A DNA stretch of 64,000 nucleotides from Selaginella moellendorffii (taxonomy: Eukaryota > Plantae > Lycopodiophyta): the NCBI RefSeq assembly GCF_000143415.4, contig NW_003314264.1, forward strand, positions 3,109,710-3,173,709. Reading direction: 5' to 3'. Each line of letters opens with the position of its first letter. Within the stretch, counting starts at the first letter, position 1. Shown piece after piece: positions 34,870 to 48,099 of the stretch. The notes beneath the pieces were generated by a model. The model saw nothing but the letters and a program-made list of their open reading frames with translations, did no database searches and had not been told where the DNA came from. A program made the translations under genes and the position numbers.

Positions 34870-36710
34870 TGCATGGTTCCACGGGTGACAGGAACCACCG
34901 TCGTCTCCCTCTCGGCTTCTAGCTCGAGTTCTTCTAGACAGAGTGAGGGAGAGAGAGAGATCGTGATCTTTTCATCGCTTTAAAAGGCTTTCGATTTGGA
35001 TGATATTCTCTCTCCAGAACTTCTAGTAGCTTTTTCCGCTTTAGAATCATACGTTTCTCAACAGTGATCAAGCTGTGAGTGTGATCGAGCACGGGAGGAG
35101 TGTACCAGCCGCCACTGTCGTCTTTGTTGGGCGCTGTGCTCGTCCAGGAAATCAATCAGAGGGGAGATCACCGCATTTGCTTTTGGTTTTCTTCCTTTAA
35201 ACGCTGTCGTAGAAGCTCGTGTTTGTCCAAAAGATGGAGAGTAAATTTAAAGCTTTGGTGGTGATCAGTGATAACGACGACAACATATCTTCCACTAAAT
35301 TTTGAGCATATAAGACGAGAAGATGAAAGAGATTATCCCAAGTAATAATACATTACCCATCTAGAGGCATAAGACCACAGGGAGAGCTACCTAATTACAC
35401 TCCCTACACTCTCTTGTACTTGAAGTCGAAGCTCCTCCGTTTTGCACAGGTAGATGGCGAGGTGGTGGGAAGCTTTCCAGGAGGCCAGGGAGATCTCTCT
35501 CGCTCCAAGGGATCCCGGGGAACTGGTCCCGCAAATGCTGAAAAGCTGCACAAGTGGTTCCTCGCTCAATGCGGATGGAGCTCGCTGGCCTTAATTAAAT
35601 GGTACCATATAGGGCCCAAGGCTTCAGACTCGCTCGATCGCAGGCTTCGCAGATCTTTGTAGTCGACCAGTTCCTGAGCTGCTTGACTGCCTTCGACAAC
35701 TTCTCGTTGCCTCGTTCAGTGGTGAATTGTTAACTTTGAATCAATGCATGTATTACGTAAGTGATGTAGCACTGGTGTTGGAAAAATTTCACCACTGCTC
35801 TGGCTTGTCCCCCGAGTTTAACGTAAGTTTGTGTTTCGTGTTGCCCTCGAGTTTTGGAGACACCCGGAAGTTCCATGTTGGTACAGCTCCCTTCCTGAAG
35901 GGTCGAGGACTGCGTAACTCATGGTCCGGGGTTGCCGGATAGCCATGCCAGGACTATCCACGAATGCCTAGGTGTTCAGGCGAATGGCAAATAATGCATG
36001 ATGCTCTTATGTTGTTTCAACACTTCATCGTCTTCATCTGAATCATTCCCGTGGCAAAATCTGTAAGCATCTATGGATCTAACAAAAACGATCTAAACTG
36101 GTAAGTAGTTTCACCTTAAAATATAACTGATCGAAGTCAGATCAGAGACAGATCCATGAATAAATCAAGCACTGAAGAAACACACAGCACCTTGCTTGTC
36201 TGATTGCGTTGCGATCCAACAGCCACCACACCCAAAAAAAAGTGTAATTTATAAGTACACCAATCAATCAGAGAGTTATCCCCCTCTTTAGTATTATATT
36301 TCTTTCTGCATGGTGACAGGAACCCGTCGTCTCCCTCTCGGCTTCTAGCTCTCGGGTTTTTCTATGCGCAAAAGAGTGAGATCTAAGAGCAAATCCTGGC
36401 TTCCATCGCTTTATACATTGCGATCACGTCACAAAAGCTTGGGTTTCGATTTGGATCGTGGAAACTGTGAGTGATATTCTCTCCCAGTCCCAGGACGGAA
36501 TCAGCGCGGGGGTTAAAATAATTGCTTTCTCTTCTGCTTTTCGAATACGAAGATGTGAACAGTGATCAAACTGTGAATGTGATCGAGCACGGGAGGAGGA
36601 GTGCGCTAGCCGCCACTGTCGTCTTTGTTGGGCGCTGTGCTCATTCAATCAATCAATCAGAGGAGGGGAGTCTCATCCTGATACCGGCCTGGTCATTTGC
36701 CTTTGCTTTA
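34870..36710. repeat. Degenerate local duplication (34870-35190 vs 36309-36710; also ~34260-34320 vs ~36185-36235)
   Basis: Shared blocks GGTGACAGGAACC...CGTCGTCTCCCTCTCGGCTTCTAGCTC and GTGATCGAGCACGGGAGGAG...GCCGCCACTGTCGTCTTTGTTGGGCGCTGTGCTC. Confidence 0.8.
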
Positions 36711-37223
36711 TGTTTTTTAATCTTTGCTTGCTTGCTCCAGCTTCTAGACTTGGAAAGACGAAGGCGTATATCCAAGAGATCGAGAGAAAAGCTTTAAAAG
36801 GATGGCGGTCAGTGGCGGGCCTTTAAAGATCCGTCTGAGATGGCGGCGCAGAGGAGGAGAGAGCCACCATAGCTACAGCTCATGCGGGTCGCGGCAGCCC
36901 TTGGATGCGGAGGATCGGAGGGCGGGGACGGACTAGAGCTATGCGCCGTCAGATGGAAATGTCAGGCATCGATCGGACAGTACCCGTTGGATGGCCTTTC
37001 CGGAACGTAACGGGGATCAATCACAGAATGTACTGAGGTGCGTCAGGTCGTCCGATTGGAAGGCATGAGCGGTGGTGGGAGAGGCACGCAATCGCGGCAC
37101 GTGTGGTCCACCCAGTCAGTGTTGTGGTCTATGCCTCGGTATCACGGCATACGCTCTGGGAGCATGAAATTGACGGCGGGTGATTGTTCTAATTAATAGA
37201 AAGCTTTTATTTTAAAAAAATTA

Positions 37224-37312
37224 ACTATCTATTTAGTAAGCTAGATTTGAAAATCAACAACTTTTATTTTAAAAATTGTTGATTTTCAAATCTAGCTTGC
37301 TAAGTAGATAGT
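37224..37312. repeat. Inverted repeat, 37-bp arms with 2 mismatches, 15-nt spacer
   Basis: ACTATCTATTTAGTAAGCTAGATTTGAAAATCAACAA ... TTGTTGATTTTCAAATCTAGCTTGCTAAGTAGATAGT. Confidence 0.9.
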
Positions 37313-39730
37313 AAATGTTTCTAATAGATCCACCAGATCTATAAATGACATGATGTCTATTAGTCAGCCAATGTGAGCAACATGCAATGGGGCACCTTTT
37401 GCTCTTGTTTTACAAAAGTGATAATAAGCCTTTAGTTGAGCTTACAGAAGGCTTACACAAATTTTGGGCTCTACATGTTAATTCTCTCCTCATTCTTTAA
37501 GTAAAAAAGCAAGCATCCTTTTGATATTGTCATGCTATATGGAAACTTATGATAACTAGAGTATATTGGGATCCTAGCTAGATTGCATTGTGGTCAGCTC
37601 AGAAGTGGTGCTGTGATCAAAGGAGTTTATATAGACCCTATGAGAGATATTTTATATAATATTAAGTACAATGTCCGTACATTTTTCTTAATGCTTCAAT
37701 TAAAAATTTGCATTAAAACCTAAACTACAAAAAAGTATTAAATAATTTGGTTTGTTGCATGATCTGGCAATTCCTTTGCTAGCTTTAGCATAAGTTTAGT
37801 GGGATGCTATAGAAGTTTTAAAAAAGTTGTTTAATAACATCTTTAAAATGTATATTTTTGAATATGTATATAGGTAAATCATACCTAAAATCCTTATCTT
37901 TCAATCTCACATCTCTCAAAAGTCCCATATGTTCTAGCATGGCTTTTATACATTCAGAAAGTCAAGTAGTCAAATAGCCTCTTGAGAAAGAGAAGTTAAA
38001 GAGCAAAAAAACAAGCAAGCCCATATTTGGACAATGGCCATAAAATCTTCAAATCTACGAAGAATACCCTATAAATCTCTTGTCTTTATGAATTTCCAAG
38101 GAGTAGTGGTGAATATAAATGTTTTGCTCAGTAGTGGTATTTGCAGAAAATAAAAATGGAAGAACTAGATGATAGCGAAAAGAGAGTTGTGATGTATAAC
38201 ATGGTAGAAGAGTGTGATTTTGTGTGGATAATAATGTTCTCAAACAAGATTTTTCAAGTTGTGATGGCATGATAACACTAGTCTACTGATTGTTTGGAGT
38301 GGAATGATATCAACCTCTAAACCACATATCATAATTGCATGGTTGTTTGGTTCCTCTTTATTAATTGGTGGGCATTAGTTGATAGAAAGTCCACCCTATG
38401 ATTCTTGTATATTGTGATTGAAGGAATTTTAAGCTTAAACTCATCAAAATTCTATTATTTTTGCTATTGATGATACCTTAGGATGGCCTTGATGAAGTTA
38501 TATAAAAAAAACTTAATGAAAGATGATGGAGTATGGAGAATGGAATGATCTCTGTGCAAGCATTTGTAGTTAGCTCCAATTTTTTTTTAAAACTCAGTAA
38601 TAGTAAACTTGTTTGGTGTATATGAATATCCACTTTAGGATCTTGGTGCAAGATGTTAATAAAGATATAATACACTGTGGTATAGGCAATGGTGTAGGAA
38701 GTGATTAGGAAATAATTTTGCATTTCATTGAATTAAAATAAAGGGGAATATGTGTAAATAGAATGGAAAGAATTTAAAAACCGACAAATCTAAATTGGAA
38801 AATGACCAAGCTCCTATAAAAATGGAGCTTATACCACCTCATGATCAAAACTTGGGCTTGCTAAAGAATAAATCCTTACCCTTGGATAAAATAAGAAAGT
38901 GAAAGAAAGTAGAAAAAAAATAAGAAAAAGAAAAGAAAAACAAAGAAAAGGAAAAGAGAAGTCATTATTGGTGTTGTAAGCTTGTGTTGAGTGTAGTTAA
39001 TATTGGACTTATTAGATGCAATAATTATCTTTAGTGTTAGTCAAAACAACATTTGTAACATCAATACTTTGTGAAATTGTTTGATTTTTGTTAAGGCAAC
39101 TTTTTTTTTTTCAACATTGCTTCTCAACTTTTAAGAGTAGGTAATACAAAAAGCAAAGGCACTCTAAGTTCTATAGCAACAATGTTCATGAATTCGAATA
39201 CTCTTAACACTATAAACTTTGCATCTATATACCTAACTTAAGTATGAATTTCAATCTAGGGAATCTTACAAAATTTTTGAGAGGTGTACTCCATTATTCC
39301 TCTTTATAGGAAATGGGTTTGTTTAAGCATATATTTAGAATATACTTGGATATTCTAGTATATTCTACCATCTAACAGTTGTTAAAAACGAGCTTGGAAA
39401 GTAAACATTGAATGAACTGGTGCCAAATGAACCTCTTGATGGTACTCCCAAAAGAAAGATGAACCACTGAATATCAAGTACAACAACTTGTGACAGTATG
39501 GAATCCTCATCAAGAAAATCTATAGATGTTGGAATAATAAACTCATCTAGTTTTCTTACTTAATTTTTACTTCTTTTTTCTAGCTAATATCAAGGTGGAA
39601 CAGATCAAGGTTTTAGAGAAAAAAAATCTCTTCACAAACTTGGATGTAAGTTATGTATTGATAATTCAAATAGAACCCCTGAAGGACTTAGACACTTTAT
39701 TGTTCAATACAAAATTCCCCCCGAGAGGTA

Positions 39731-40050
39731 GGATACTACCAAATTAGAGTATTGGAGGATGATGTTGAAAAGATAATTGAGATATAAAAATTTTGAGTTC
39801 TTAGTTATGCTCTTTGGATTGTACAATGTTCTAATGACAATCTTAACATTTATGAACTACATTATTGTATTATATCTAGATCACTTTGTAATTGTTTTGA
39901 TGACATCCTAATTTATAGCAAGACACTAAAAGAGCATGTTGAGTACTTGATAAAGGTGTTTAAAAAAATAAGAGAACATAAAGGGTCTAAAAAGAGCTAA
40001 ATATAACTTTACTCATCCAGAAATAAAGTTTTTCAAGTATGTCATGGGTA
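39731..40050 (+). mobile_element. Ty3/gypsy reverse transcriptase remnant
   Basis: Degenerate GYYQIRVLEDDVEK, FEFLVMLFGLYN, YLDHFVIV-DDILIYSKTLKEHVEYL with stops and frameshifts. Confidence 0.85.
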
Positions 40051-40059
40051 GAAACAAAG

Positions 40060-43000
40060 AAAGGGCCCATAATTAAAAATGCACCCCCTTTCCAATCAGT
40101 TAATGGTCTTGGGATATTTAAAGTTAAGTGTCTTTAGGTTTGAATTGTACTGATCTGGATGACCTTCTGGGAAGTCCAAACTTAGAAGTTTACATTTGGT
40201 ATTAGAGGGATTTTGGATCCAACTATGTTGGTTGGCTAAGGGAATCACACCACATGTTGATTGACATGTAGTAAGGGTCCAGTATGCTTTGGCTAGGCTT
40301 GACCTGAGGGGTAGGGTGTCGAGAGAGCAAGGTTCTCGGGAGAGCTGTGGCTCTCAGTTTCCATTCACGAGGGTGTGAACTTACAAGGAAGCATGGTAGA
40401 TTGTAAGCAATCAAAAAGAACGACTCGAAAGACAATATATAGGGTTCAAATATAGAAGGAAAAGGCTCTTGAATAACAGTGCACCTCCTTTTCCAATCGG
40501 TTAATATTCTTGGGATACTTGGGGTTAAATGCCCTTGGGTTTGAATAGTATTGGGTTGGATAACCTCTCAAACTAAAGAGCTTACATCCAAGTGATTTAA
40601 GAATGGGAATAATATCAAATGTATATGAATTAAGGGCATTTTTGAAACTATATAACTACTATCAAAAGTTTATCAGATATTATTTAAGACTTGTGTTGCC
40701 TTTGATGGATCAAAGAAAAAAAAGGGAAAGAGATCCGCTACTTCTTTAGCAAATATTGCTATTCACGTTAGTATGAATAGCAAAATGCGAAGTGGTACCT
40801 TGATAGATCAAACAAAAAAAAAGGAAAATAATATGGATAAGAGAATGTGAAGTGGTATTTTATACTATATATGATCATGGGATGAGAGTTGAATATACTT
40901 TTGGGGGATAAATAGGGATAAAATAACCACTAAAGGCTCTCTCAGGAAATAATTACCTCTTTTCCAATTAATTTAAGGGGAGATAAATAGGGTGTGTTAC
41001 ATTTGGTATTAGAGCAAATGATATGGGTTTGATTTTTATTATAATATACACTTAAGCAAGGTATATTTCTACCCCTAAATTTGAAATTATACATATTAGG
41101 CATCCATGTATATACCCTTTCTTTTGTGGAGCATCTACAGATAAAGGTATTCACACAATAGCTAGTTTACACAATACAAGAATTGATACACGGGTAAAAG
41201 CATTTATATAATAACTAATTTATATAATGTAAAAATTGATAGATTTAATGTGGAAATGGAGGTGTTAGTTCCTCTTGACTCAATAGAGGCCATATAATAG
41301 TTAGTCTACACAATGAAAGAATTAGTAGATTTAGTGTGAAAATGAAAATATTAATTCCCTTTGGAAGAATTGATAAATTCAGTACAGAAATGAAAATGTT
41401 TGATTCCCCTTAAGTTATTAGGCAATAATTAATGAGGATATTGATATCTCTAAAGGGGGGGTGAGTGTAATGCATTATCATCGTGAATCTTTGAAACTTT
41501 AGAAGATAAATGGGGATAAAATAGCCACTAAAAGATTTTTTATCAAGTGATTACTTTTTTTTTAGTTGATTTAAGAGGTGATAATGGGATAAGATTTGGA
41601 TATACTGTCATCATGGATTTTTATCCTTGAGGGATAATGTAATTTTGAATTTGGACTTAATACTATTCAAATCAAGGACACTTAACCCTAAATATCCCAA
41701 CACCTTTAACCAATTGAAAAAAGGAGTGCACTCTTATTTATGGGCTTTTTCCCTTTATATTTAAACCTTATGGATTGTCTTTCAAGTTGTTATTTTTTGT
41801 TGTTTATAAATTAATGGGGATAAAATAGCCACTAAGTGCTCTTTTATCAAACAATTTGTAAGGAACCAACTCCTCGAAGTGTCGTAAGCTAAAGGATCCC
41901 TGAAAGCACGACCAAAATAATAAAGAGTTTATCAAATGGGACCGAGTCTGAGATCGAGTCCAAGACCGACTCTAAGACCGAGTTCGAGATAGAGTCCGGG
42001 ATCGAGTCCGAGGCCGACTCCGAAACCGAGTTCGAGACTGAATTCGAGACAGAGTTTGAGATCCAAGATCGGGTCCGAGACCGAGTCCAAGGTCGAGTCC
42101 GAAGTCAAGTCTGAGATCGGGTCCAAGGTCGAGTCTAAGATTGAGTCCAAGACCGAGTCCGAAGTCGGGTCCAAAATCAAGTCTGAGATCGAGTCCGAGT
42201 GCTAATATAGGTTAAGGGGTGAAAGCCCAAAGCGTGTGTCTTCTAGGGGGGGGGGGGGGGCTGTAGGGGGTTCCAAAAGTATAGTAAGGATAGTGAGGTC
42301 CATGAACCAGTCTTGAAGGAACTCTCCAGTGGTGCTTTAAAACTGACTTGAGATTGAGATTGGGGCCGAAGGGCCTTGGGTGGGAGTGAGCATGGACGTG
42401 GGTGGTGCTAGAGGGGCCACCTAAGGAAGTGCTCAAGAACAACTCCCACTCCTGAAAGGGAAACCAATTGTGGTGCTCTTGACTCATGTAGAGTGGTGCC
42501 TCACTTGAGTATTTTATGGCTCATTGGGCTTCACCCTTCCTAGGGGCTTGGGCCTTCCCTTCTGGATGGAAGTGGGGGGGTAGAGGTACCCATACCAGGC
42601 TGTTAGGCCATAATGTTTCGCCCTGGCATCCCGAAACAAGTGTTGCATCCAAGGCTTGGGATTTAGAAGGTCTCATAATCAAGTCTTGTTGTACCAAGAG
42701 ATGTTAAGAACTTAGAGGCTTAGTGTGCTTAGCTGCTTGTGCTTGCAGGGAGTGTAGCCGAACCTTAAGTCCAATTTAACCTGGGAAGAGGGATTGGGAG
42801 AGATTAGGGAATCCGTGGATAGATAGCTAACACTTCATTGTTTGTGCAGTGAGTAATTGAAACCAAGTAGGACAAAGTAGGAGCTAGTGCAATAGGTGGA
42901 TACCTAGGCAAAGGAACTTAGTTAAAGCCAAGGCAGTGTTGGTCGGATAGACAAGGTAAGTTGGCAAATTGGAAAGGAAAAATTTGTAACTTACACAATT

Positions 43001-43210
43001 ACTCTTTTTTTAGTTAGCTTAAAAGGATGATCATAGGATGAAATTTAAATATACTATCATTATGGATCCTTAAAACCTTGGGGGATAAATAAAATAGCCA
43101 CTACTTATCAAATAATTGGCTTAAAAATATACTGTCATTGTGGATCCTTAAAACCTTATTACTTATCAAATAATTGACTTAAAAGGAGAGAAATAAAATA
43201 TGTTATATAT
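40060..43210. repeat. AT-rich TE-derived dispersed repeats
   Basis: GGGATAAAATAGCCACTA-type unit near 40905, 41512, 41816, 43081; ~100-nt unit near 40060 and 40460 with an inverted copy near 41660-41755. Confidence 0.65.
41857..42995. mobile_element. Solo LTR (1139 bp) with 5-bp TSD
   Basis: TGTAAG...CTTACA inverted termini; CAATT at 41852-41856 and 42996-43000; internal hexamer array (CCGAGT-like, ~41940-42200) and G-run. Confidence 0.85.
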
Positions 43211-43629
43211 TTGTCCACCTTAAAGGGAAATTAAAGAAAACTCATGTACCAAGTTTGGTAAAAACTTCAAGGTAGAAATAGATACATTGGATTTTGTATT
43301 AGATGCAATTCTTAAATAAAACAATCACTTAATAATGTTTTTCTTGAAAAAGTTGGATAAAGCTCTTTGTCATCAGTTAAAAACTACTTTTTAACCATTA
43401 TTGCTACTCAGAGTCTTCATGAAACCTCAATATTCACTATTGACTGATTTACATGAGCAACAATATATTTTGCTAGTCAGTTTTATTCAATGTTTATAGA
43501 TTGAGTTTGATAAATGGAGATGAGGTCTGTCTATTACCACTTTTTAGACTGAAGCAGTAGCACAAGCCAAAGTGGTTTCTTGCAAAACACTGCTGAGGAA
43601 ATAGTGACATCCACCACCATGGTGGTGTT

Positions 43630-44590
43630 CCAACCTTGAGCTCCAAATCCAAACCTCATTTGCTCCAAGTCATATTCCACCCTCAAGACGAGCTGCCAGT
43701 ACGTTCCTATGACATTCAGGTACAGTCCCATGCTCTCAGACCTCCCAATTTCCATGCAAATGGTATTTTTCACGTTGCCTGAATCATCAAGCAAAACCAT
43801 GTTGGCACTTAGATTCGAGCACCTGATAAAAGAGGGGCTGCCGGCGGAGGAAAGTCTGCTGTTTGCCGAGATGTTGTGTCAAAGCTCCAGGCCAAGAGCA
43901 TCTGCAATGCTGCTTGACATTTCCACCAGGTTAGTGGTGTAGCTTCTTATTGCTTGTACCAGCTGAGTGTAGAAATCCGATGCCAACTAGCTCAAAAAGG
44001 TGGTGGTGTCAATGACTGTTCAACCGGTTCCATTGGAAAGAAATCCCTGAATTGGAACTTGAAACTTGTTATTGTCGATAGAAATGGTAGCTAAGCTGAT
44101 GAAGTAGAGCTCAGCTGCTTGTGGGTTTGTGATCATGGGGCATGGACGAAGAAATGGAGGCGTTCCTGAGCTTGTAGTTACCAATTACAAGATTTCCACG
44201 GAAAGTATCCAGAGGGCAAACAGTAAATAAACTTGCTCCTGTACCCCAACGCGCTCAATTGCCCCATGAATGACACGTTACTCTTGTCAAAACCCACAAA
44301 GCCAGACGTGTCGAGGTGTTCGAGCAGCCCCCACTGTCGCGGCCACAACCCAAGGACAAGTTGGCTGCGGAGTTCCACGGCTGAGATCCATGGCGAAGTT
44401 GAGTGCACCATCGAGAAAGAAGTTGCCTTCTAAGGCTTGGCTGCTTTTTCGAGAAGGGGCAAAAACAGGTTAGTGTTGACAATTGGCGTCCTGTTGGGCG
44501 GGAAGAAACCAACACCACGGGAGTCCTTGCACGCTGTCCTTGAAAGAATCCTGCAATACCAACAAGAGCACACTTGCTACACAAGAGCAA
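43630..44590 (-). pseudogene. A1 (nepenthesin-like) aspartic protease pseudogene
   Basis: LSLGCGRDS, TSGFVGFDKSNVSFMGQL, FIYCLPS, LYFISL, TVIDTTT, LNVIGTY..L.VEYDLEQMRFGFGAQ; frameshifts and stops. Confidence 0.8.
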
Positions 44591-44789
44591 ATTGCAAAGG
44601 CGAAGGAGCTATATATCTCGAGTTTACAAATCAAACCAGACTGAATTCTCTATATTGACTTGGTTTTGTATAGTAAACTTGACAAGATAAAGTTTTGAAG
44701 GCGTCTTACTTACATCAGGAGAGGAGGAAAAGAAAACGCTTGAGTTGTAGAAGATTTCCACATGAAGACGTACCAGAAGAAGTGTCAAG

Positions 44790-45283
44790 GTTCATGCTGA
44801 CATTACATCCTGCTGTTCCAAATCCAATCTCCTGCTCTTCCAATTCAAGTTCTCAAAGTGATAAGTTAGAGTTTGTGGTGGTGGTGTGTCACCATTTACA
44901 GAAACATTGTAACAGAAATCATTGCCAAGCAGTGCTGCAGTTTCGTTGCTCGATACTTGAGTAAGGTTGGAGTTGAGGTTTTGTATGGCTTGCACAAGAG
45001 GGGTGTAGGAATCTGGTGTGAAATAGCTGAATGCAAACATGGAATCAATGATCGTTCCTCCAGTTCCATTTGCAAGAATGCCTTTCACCAGAAAAGTCAA
45101 CGTGTCGTTGATATTTATGGATCTCAAACGGATGTAATGCAACGCAGTGGAATTTGGGTTTACGATCATTGGAGAGTAAGAAAGAGAGGAGTTCGATGAT
45201 TTCTTATAGTTGCCGAACACGATTTTGCTACTAAACATATCAGATGGAACACAATAGATAAACGTGCTTGTATAGTCCATTTC
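44790..45283 (-). pseudogene. Second aspartic protease, 3' half
   Basis: MDYTSTFIYCVPSD...LHYIRL...GTGGTIIDS...CYNVS. Confidence 0.8.
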
Positions 45284-45611
45284 ATATCCAAACTATGTAC
45301 CACTCTCATCACACTAAAAGGATAATCGAGCCATGGGATTTTGGGTGTGTTTCAGGATAGAGAGATTGAAGAATGCAAAGAGCTGCATTGTTTTCTCTCT
45401 GCAAAGGTGTATCGATTGGCTCTTTGTGGATGACACTGCTGCTGAAGTATTGTAATTATTGCCAAGTAATGTATGCTATTAATCATGAGATGCTTTTTGA
45501 TTATGATTATTGGACATAGTTTTCGTGAGCAGAATCAATTTAGAGTGAGTAGTGTTACAAAATAAACAGTCAAAAGTGTTTACATGAGTTTACAATGAGT
45601 TTCTTTATTGT

Positions 45612-46125
45612 CTAACTTTTTAGCTTCTCCAATGCTTGTTTTACAGCTTGAGTGCTTACAATTTTGTTAAGTAAATTTCTTATTGTCTTTAATTCATAAT
45701 ATTTATGCCCTTTTCTGTTTTTGAATGTGTGGATGACAATTCCATTGTTGGGTTGTAAGCAAAAAAGCTCTGGTTTGTTGTTCACAATCACCATGTGGTT
45801 GAGATTCCATCCTAATCTTGAGAAATCTTTTACAACTTTTTTCTATCTGACTTCCTTTGTCAAATACAAATCTCTGTAGAGATGATGGGCAAAGAGATTT
45901 CCAATTGGGTCGAGCTTGTCCAAAATTTTGTCTGTGTATACCTTCATTGCTCGAGTAAAAACTATAATCTTATATATCTTACTCATCTTTTTTAGAAAGT
46001 TAGCCTTTTTGCCATAAGGTAGTGCTCTGAAAGAATAGTTTTCCCATTGAAGAGCTTAAGGGATGCTATGGCCTTTTGGGCATGGATTAGTGTATTGTTT
46101 ATGTCCAACACAAGTTCTCTAAAGC
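45612..46125 (-). pseudogene. NIF/SCP-type CTD phosphatase pseudogene (intronless)
   Basis: ELVLDINNTLIH (decayed DxDxT), KIIVFTRAMKVYTDKILDKLDP, HLYRD, VKDFSRLG, QPNNGI; in-frame stop. Confidence 0.75.
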
Positions 46126-46329
46126 TGGTGGTAATAGCAAAAAATCATTTGACAACTTCACCTTTTTGTTCTTATCTTTGGTGGTGATATTAAACATTGC
46201 AAAACTCCACTCTCTATACTTTTGCAGCCTCTTCATAGCTATAAAGAAAAATAGAAAGAATATAAGCCCTAACTTAATTGCAACGAATCTTTATAAATTA
46301 AGTTAATACACATGTTGCTCGGCCAGAAT

Positions 46330-47930
46330 TATGGAAGTAGAAATTCAACAATGATGCCAACCCCAACACTGAGAGTCTTTAGGCAGCTCAAGCTCCACAC
46401 TCAGGATTTTTTTAGCAAGCAGCCAACAGCAAGACCCAAACAACACTCTCGAGCTCAAAGGGCATGCTGTAGATGAATTCCTTAGCTTTGTCTAACTCTT
46501 TGGCCCTTGCAAACATGTCAACAAGCCCACAGTAGTGTTTTCCTATGGGTTCAACTCCATAGTCCCAGATCATTAATTAGAAGTAGTCCTGAGAGATCTT
46601 CACCACGCCTGAGTGGCAGCATGCCACAAGCATGCTCATAAAGACAATGTGATCAGGCATTGTGCTCTCCTAGATGGTCCTATGGAAGGTTTCCAAGGCA
46701 TTGGTTACATGCCTAGTGGAAGCATACATGGCCACCATTGCAGTCCATGAGACCAAGTCTTGCTCTAGCATTCTCTCGAACCAAACTCAAGCTTCCAAGA
46801 GGAGTCCCTTGTGAGTGAAGCCTGCCACCATTGCCATCCAGTTGATCACATCATGCTCCTCAGTCACCTGGAAGAGGCTCATCACTTCTTGGAGGTGGCC
46901 GTTCCAGAGATAGGCCAAGAGGAGCACTGTGCTCGCCGTCTTGCTATCATAAGGCATTTTCAAGATGGTTTCTAGAGGCAAGCATATGGATCATTGTCGT
47001 CCAAGAGATCTTGTTGCGGTGAGCCATCTTTTGGAAAGAATCTAGTGCCTTGTACAAATGCCCATTCGCGGCATATGGGCAAATCATGGAGTTCCAAGCC
47101 ACCACGTCTTTGTTTGGCAGCCTCTCAGACAAAGGTTTAGCCTTTCCCACGGAGCCGTTAGATGCGTAGCCGTCAATCATAGCTGTAAATGCCACCTCAT
47201 TAAAATTCGGGGCATCTTCAAAGAGAATCTTTGCATGCTCCATATGCCCTGCCTGGGCATATGCTGTGATCATGGTCGTCCATGTTACTACATTCCTTGT
47301 GGGCATTCTATCAAAGAAATCTTTAGCTTCATCCAGCCCCTGGTTCTGGTAGTGGCCTTGTACCATGGCCGTCCACGCCACCACGTCCTTTTGGGGCAGC
47401 TAATAGAAACACCTCACGCGCGCGAGAGAGATGCCCGTTATGGGACGATCATGGCGGTGCTAGAAACGAGGGTTTGCTCAGGCATAGAGTGGAATACCGC
47501 CTCCGCCTCGCCGAGATTGCCACTCTGCGAGTACATCTCGATGATCGTGTTCCAGGTGATGGAATTCTTTGGCAGGGATGCGATCGAAGAGCTGCTTGGC
47601 GCGCTACACGTCCCCGGCCGAGATCATGGCGTTAATCTCCTGCCGCGGCATGCTTTCCAGGACCGATCGCGCCTGCTCCAGGTCGTAGTTGGGAATGTAG
47701 GCCTGGAGGGTGAGATTCCAAGAGAAGAGATTGCGATCCGAGGTAGAATCGAAGACCGATCGCGCTTCCTCCAGGCAGCCGCAGCGGCCATACATCTGGA
47801 CGAGGAGATTTCGCAGGAAGACGCTGTTATTGTGGTCGCTGTGAAGGATCTGGGCGTGGATCCGGCGGCCATCGTTCGGATTGTTGCAAGATCTGACGAG
47901 GGCGGCAAGCTCTGGACGCCAAGAACGCGC
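46330..47930 (-). pseudogene. PLS/E-class PPR pseudogene
   Basis: MYGRCGCLEEARSVFD, DVVAWTAMV, NVVTWTTMI, PDHIVFMSMLVACCHSG, HYCGLVDMFARA; frameshifts and stops. Confidence 0.82.
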
Positions 47931-48099
47931 ATCGCATCATGGCCGTTGGATGATGGGGCGTCCGACCTGGCAGGTTCTAGCTACCAGCCACGAAGTTTTC
48001 ATGGCACGCGGCGAGAACTCCAACTCCAAATGCCGGAGGCAACGACACAATTAATTTCCATCGTTTCTTGTGGCTTGGATGGATTTCTCTTGCTGCGAG

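Noticed and set aside
35440-35940. Exon-like GC-rich pieces with splice-like signals
   Set aside because: Could not assemble an open spliced frame or recognise a domain
41932-42200. Regular repeat array and 82-aa ORF, superficially CRISPR-like
   Set aside because: Degenerate hexamer tandem repeat without unique spacers, inside a solo LTR in a eukaryote
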